The notes beneath the pieces are model-generated. The model was not told the DNA's origin, searched no databases, and saw nothing but the letters and a program-made list of their open reading frames with translations. A program made the translations under genes and the position numbers. 28,078 nucleotides of DNA from Alphaproteobacteria bacterium (GTDB lineage: Bacteria; Pseudomonadota; Alphaproteobacteria; UBA828): contig OY730417.2 of assembly GCA_963422645.2 (NCBI GenBank), forward strand, positions 1-28,078. The letters are read 5' to 3'. Below, piece by piece: positions 26,786 through 28,078 of the stretch (position 1 is the first letter of the stretch; every line of letters starts with the position of its first letter).

Positions 26786-27551
26786 ATGACGGCCCGGCCC
26801 GCGCGCTCGGTGGACGAATGGCGCGCGGCGTGGCCGTACCTGCGGCGGATCGGCCATGAATGGCACGGCCTTTGTCCGCTGTGCGGAGGCGCGGATCGGT
26901 TCTGGGTCTTGCGCGGGCGCGACCGTCCGGCGGTGGCCGGCTGCCGCCAGTGCGACGGCGGGCCGGAGTGGGTCGGCGAGGCCGAGCGGAAGGTCTTCGG
27001 GGATGCTGAGCGGCGAGGCCCGCCGCGATCCGCTCGCCGACGCCCGCCGGATCGCCGTCCGGCCGCCAGCGCCGCGAGACCCGAAGCCCCCGCAACCTCG
27101 GACCCGGCCGCGATCTGGCGCGAGGCTGTCCGGGCGGACGGAACGCCGGCCCTGGCCGCCCGACGGGATCGGCCCGGACCTGCCGGCGTCCGTGCACTGG
27201 CACGCGGGGCGATCGTGCATCCTGTTCGCCTTCCGGCGAGGCGCCGCCCTCGTGGCCGTCTCGATGGAGCGCCTGAATTCCGACGGGACGCGCCCCGACC
27301 CCCGCTGGCGGCGCACCTTCGGCCCGCGCTCCGGCGCGCTGTTCGAAGCGGCCCCCGGCGATGGACCCGCCCCTGATCTCGTGCTGGCGGAAGGCGAGGT
27401 CGATACGCTCGCCTGCCGTTGGCTGCATCGAGGCGCGCGCTGCCTCGCGGCGGGCGGAACCGCCGGCCCGGCGGCGCGGCCCTGCGTGGTCATCGAGGCC
27501 GACGGCGACCTGGCCGGCGAGCGCGCCGCCGCGACAAGGCAGGCTATCTGA
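26786..27551 (+). pseudogene. Primase: P4-alpha-type zinc finger plus Toprim domain, frameshifted
   Basis: EWHGLCPLCGGADRF...GCRQC in one frame; LVLAEGEVDTL...AAGGT...IEADGDLAG in another, switch near 27150. Confidence 0.75.
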
Positions 27552-27611
27552 TCGGCGCGAACGAGCGCGTGCTCACCGACAAGCACGGGCACCCGCAACG
27601 CGAAGGACCGC

Positions 27612-27982
27612 TCGCCAGACGTGGAAGTGCTCGGGGCGGTTCCTCGGCATGACGCGGCCTCTCGTTTCAGATCCGAAACGCCGGCGACCCTACCGAAGAC
27701 GTTTCAGATTTGAAACCCCGCAACCTGTGCCAGAGTGCGGACGGCGCGCGGCTGGCACCGCTACCCCGCCCCGGTCACCCGGCACTGAAGTAGGATTCAT
27801 AGCAGGTGTAGGCGGACGAAAGTCCTCAGGAATCGCCCGGAAAACCGGCTGATTTTCGGGGCTGAACCGGGCTGGAAAAATGGCCTGTGCATGGCCCGTG
27901 CACGGGCGGTGCGTGAGGGGCTCAGGCGCGGTCGGGACCGGGGCGGCACGGGCGGTCGAGTTCGGCCCGCCACCGTTCGGGG
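27612..27982 (-). repeat. Dispersed repeat X, copy 3 (inverted, ORF truncated)
   Basis: Reverse complement of ~18216-18561 with a few substitutions and a ~25-nt insertion at ~27909-27933. Confidence 0.9.
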
Positions 27983-28078
27983 TCGCGGGGATACATGAGC
28001 GAATCGCCGCCGACGCTGAAGGGCCTGGCGGTTTCCCTGATCTGTCCGTCGACGGCGTCGTGGGCGATGCGGCTTCCG
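27983..28078. repeat. MuF-fragment repeat and 17-nt terminal overlap
   Basis: Matches ~17989-18084 directly; 28062-28078 equals 1-17. Confidence 0.9.

Noticed and set aside
1-28078. tRNA or rRNA genes, integron attC array
   Set aside because: No cloverleaf, rRNA-like or attC-like sequence recognised by eye; the recombinase is Cre-like, not IntI-like

Overview
High-GC window that looks like a complete ~28 kb circular plasmid (or excised element): the last 17 nt repeat the first 17 nt, and the gene fragment at the junction reads through. An alphaproteobacterial host is inferred from the DksA type. The backbone has a divergent Rep-like gene followed by 7x22-bp iterons and an AT-rich patch, a second RepL-like HTH module, a frameshifted zinc-finger/Toprim primase, and a Cre-like tyrosine recombinase with a perfect lox-like palindrome just upstream. 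There are five toxin-antitoxin loci: VapC with an unusual 224-aa partner, RelBE, a doubly deleted MazEF-like pair, HipBA and an in-frame HicA-HicB fusion. The one large intact cargo is a cell-surface cluster: a TbpB-barrel lipoprotein plus a Slam/type XI secretion translocon, behind a promoter with a poly-G spacer, facing a lipidated subtilase autotransporter and a small lipoprotein. The rest is decaying mobile DNA: IS3/IS256 pieces, a phage MuF fragment, a triplicated repeat and a frameshifted dksA. Many conserved Tyr codons and stop codons appear converted by A:T->G:C changes, often at TpA. All family calls are by-eye motif recognition without database searches. Several frameshifts lie in G/C runs and may be sequencing errors.
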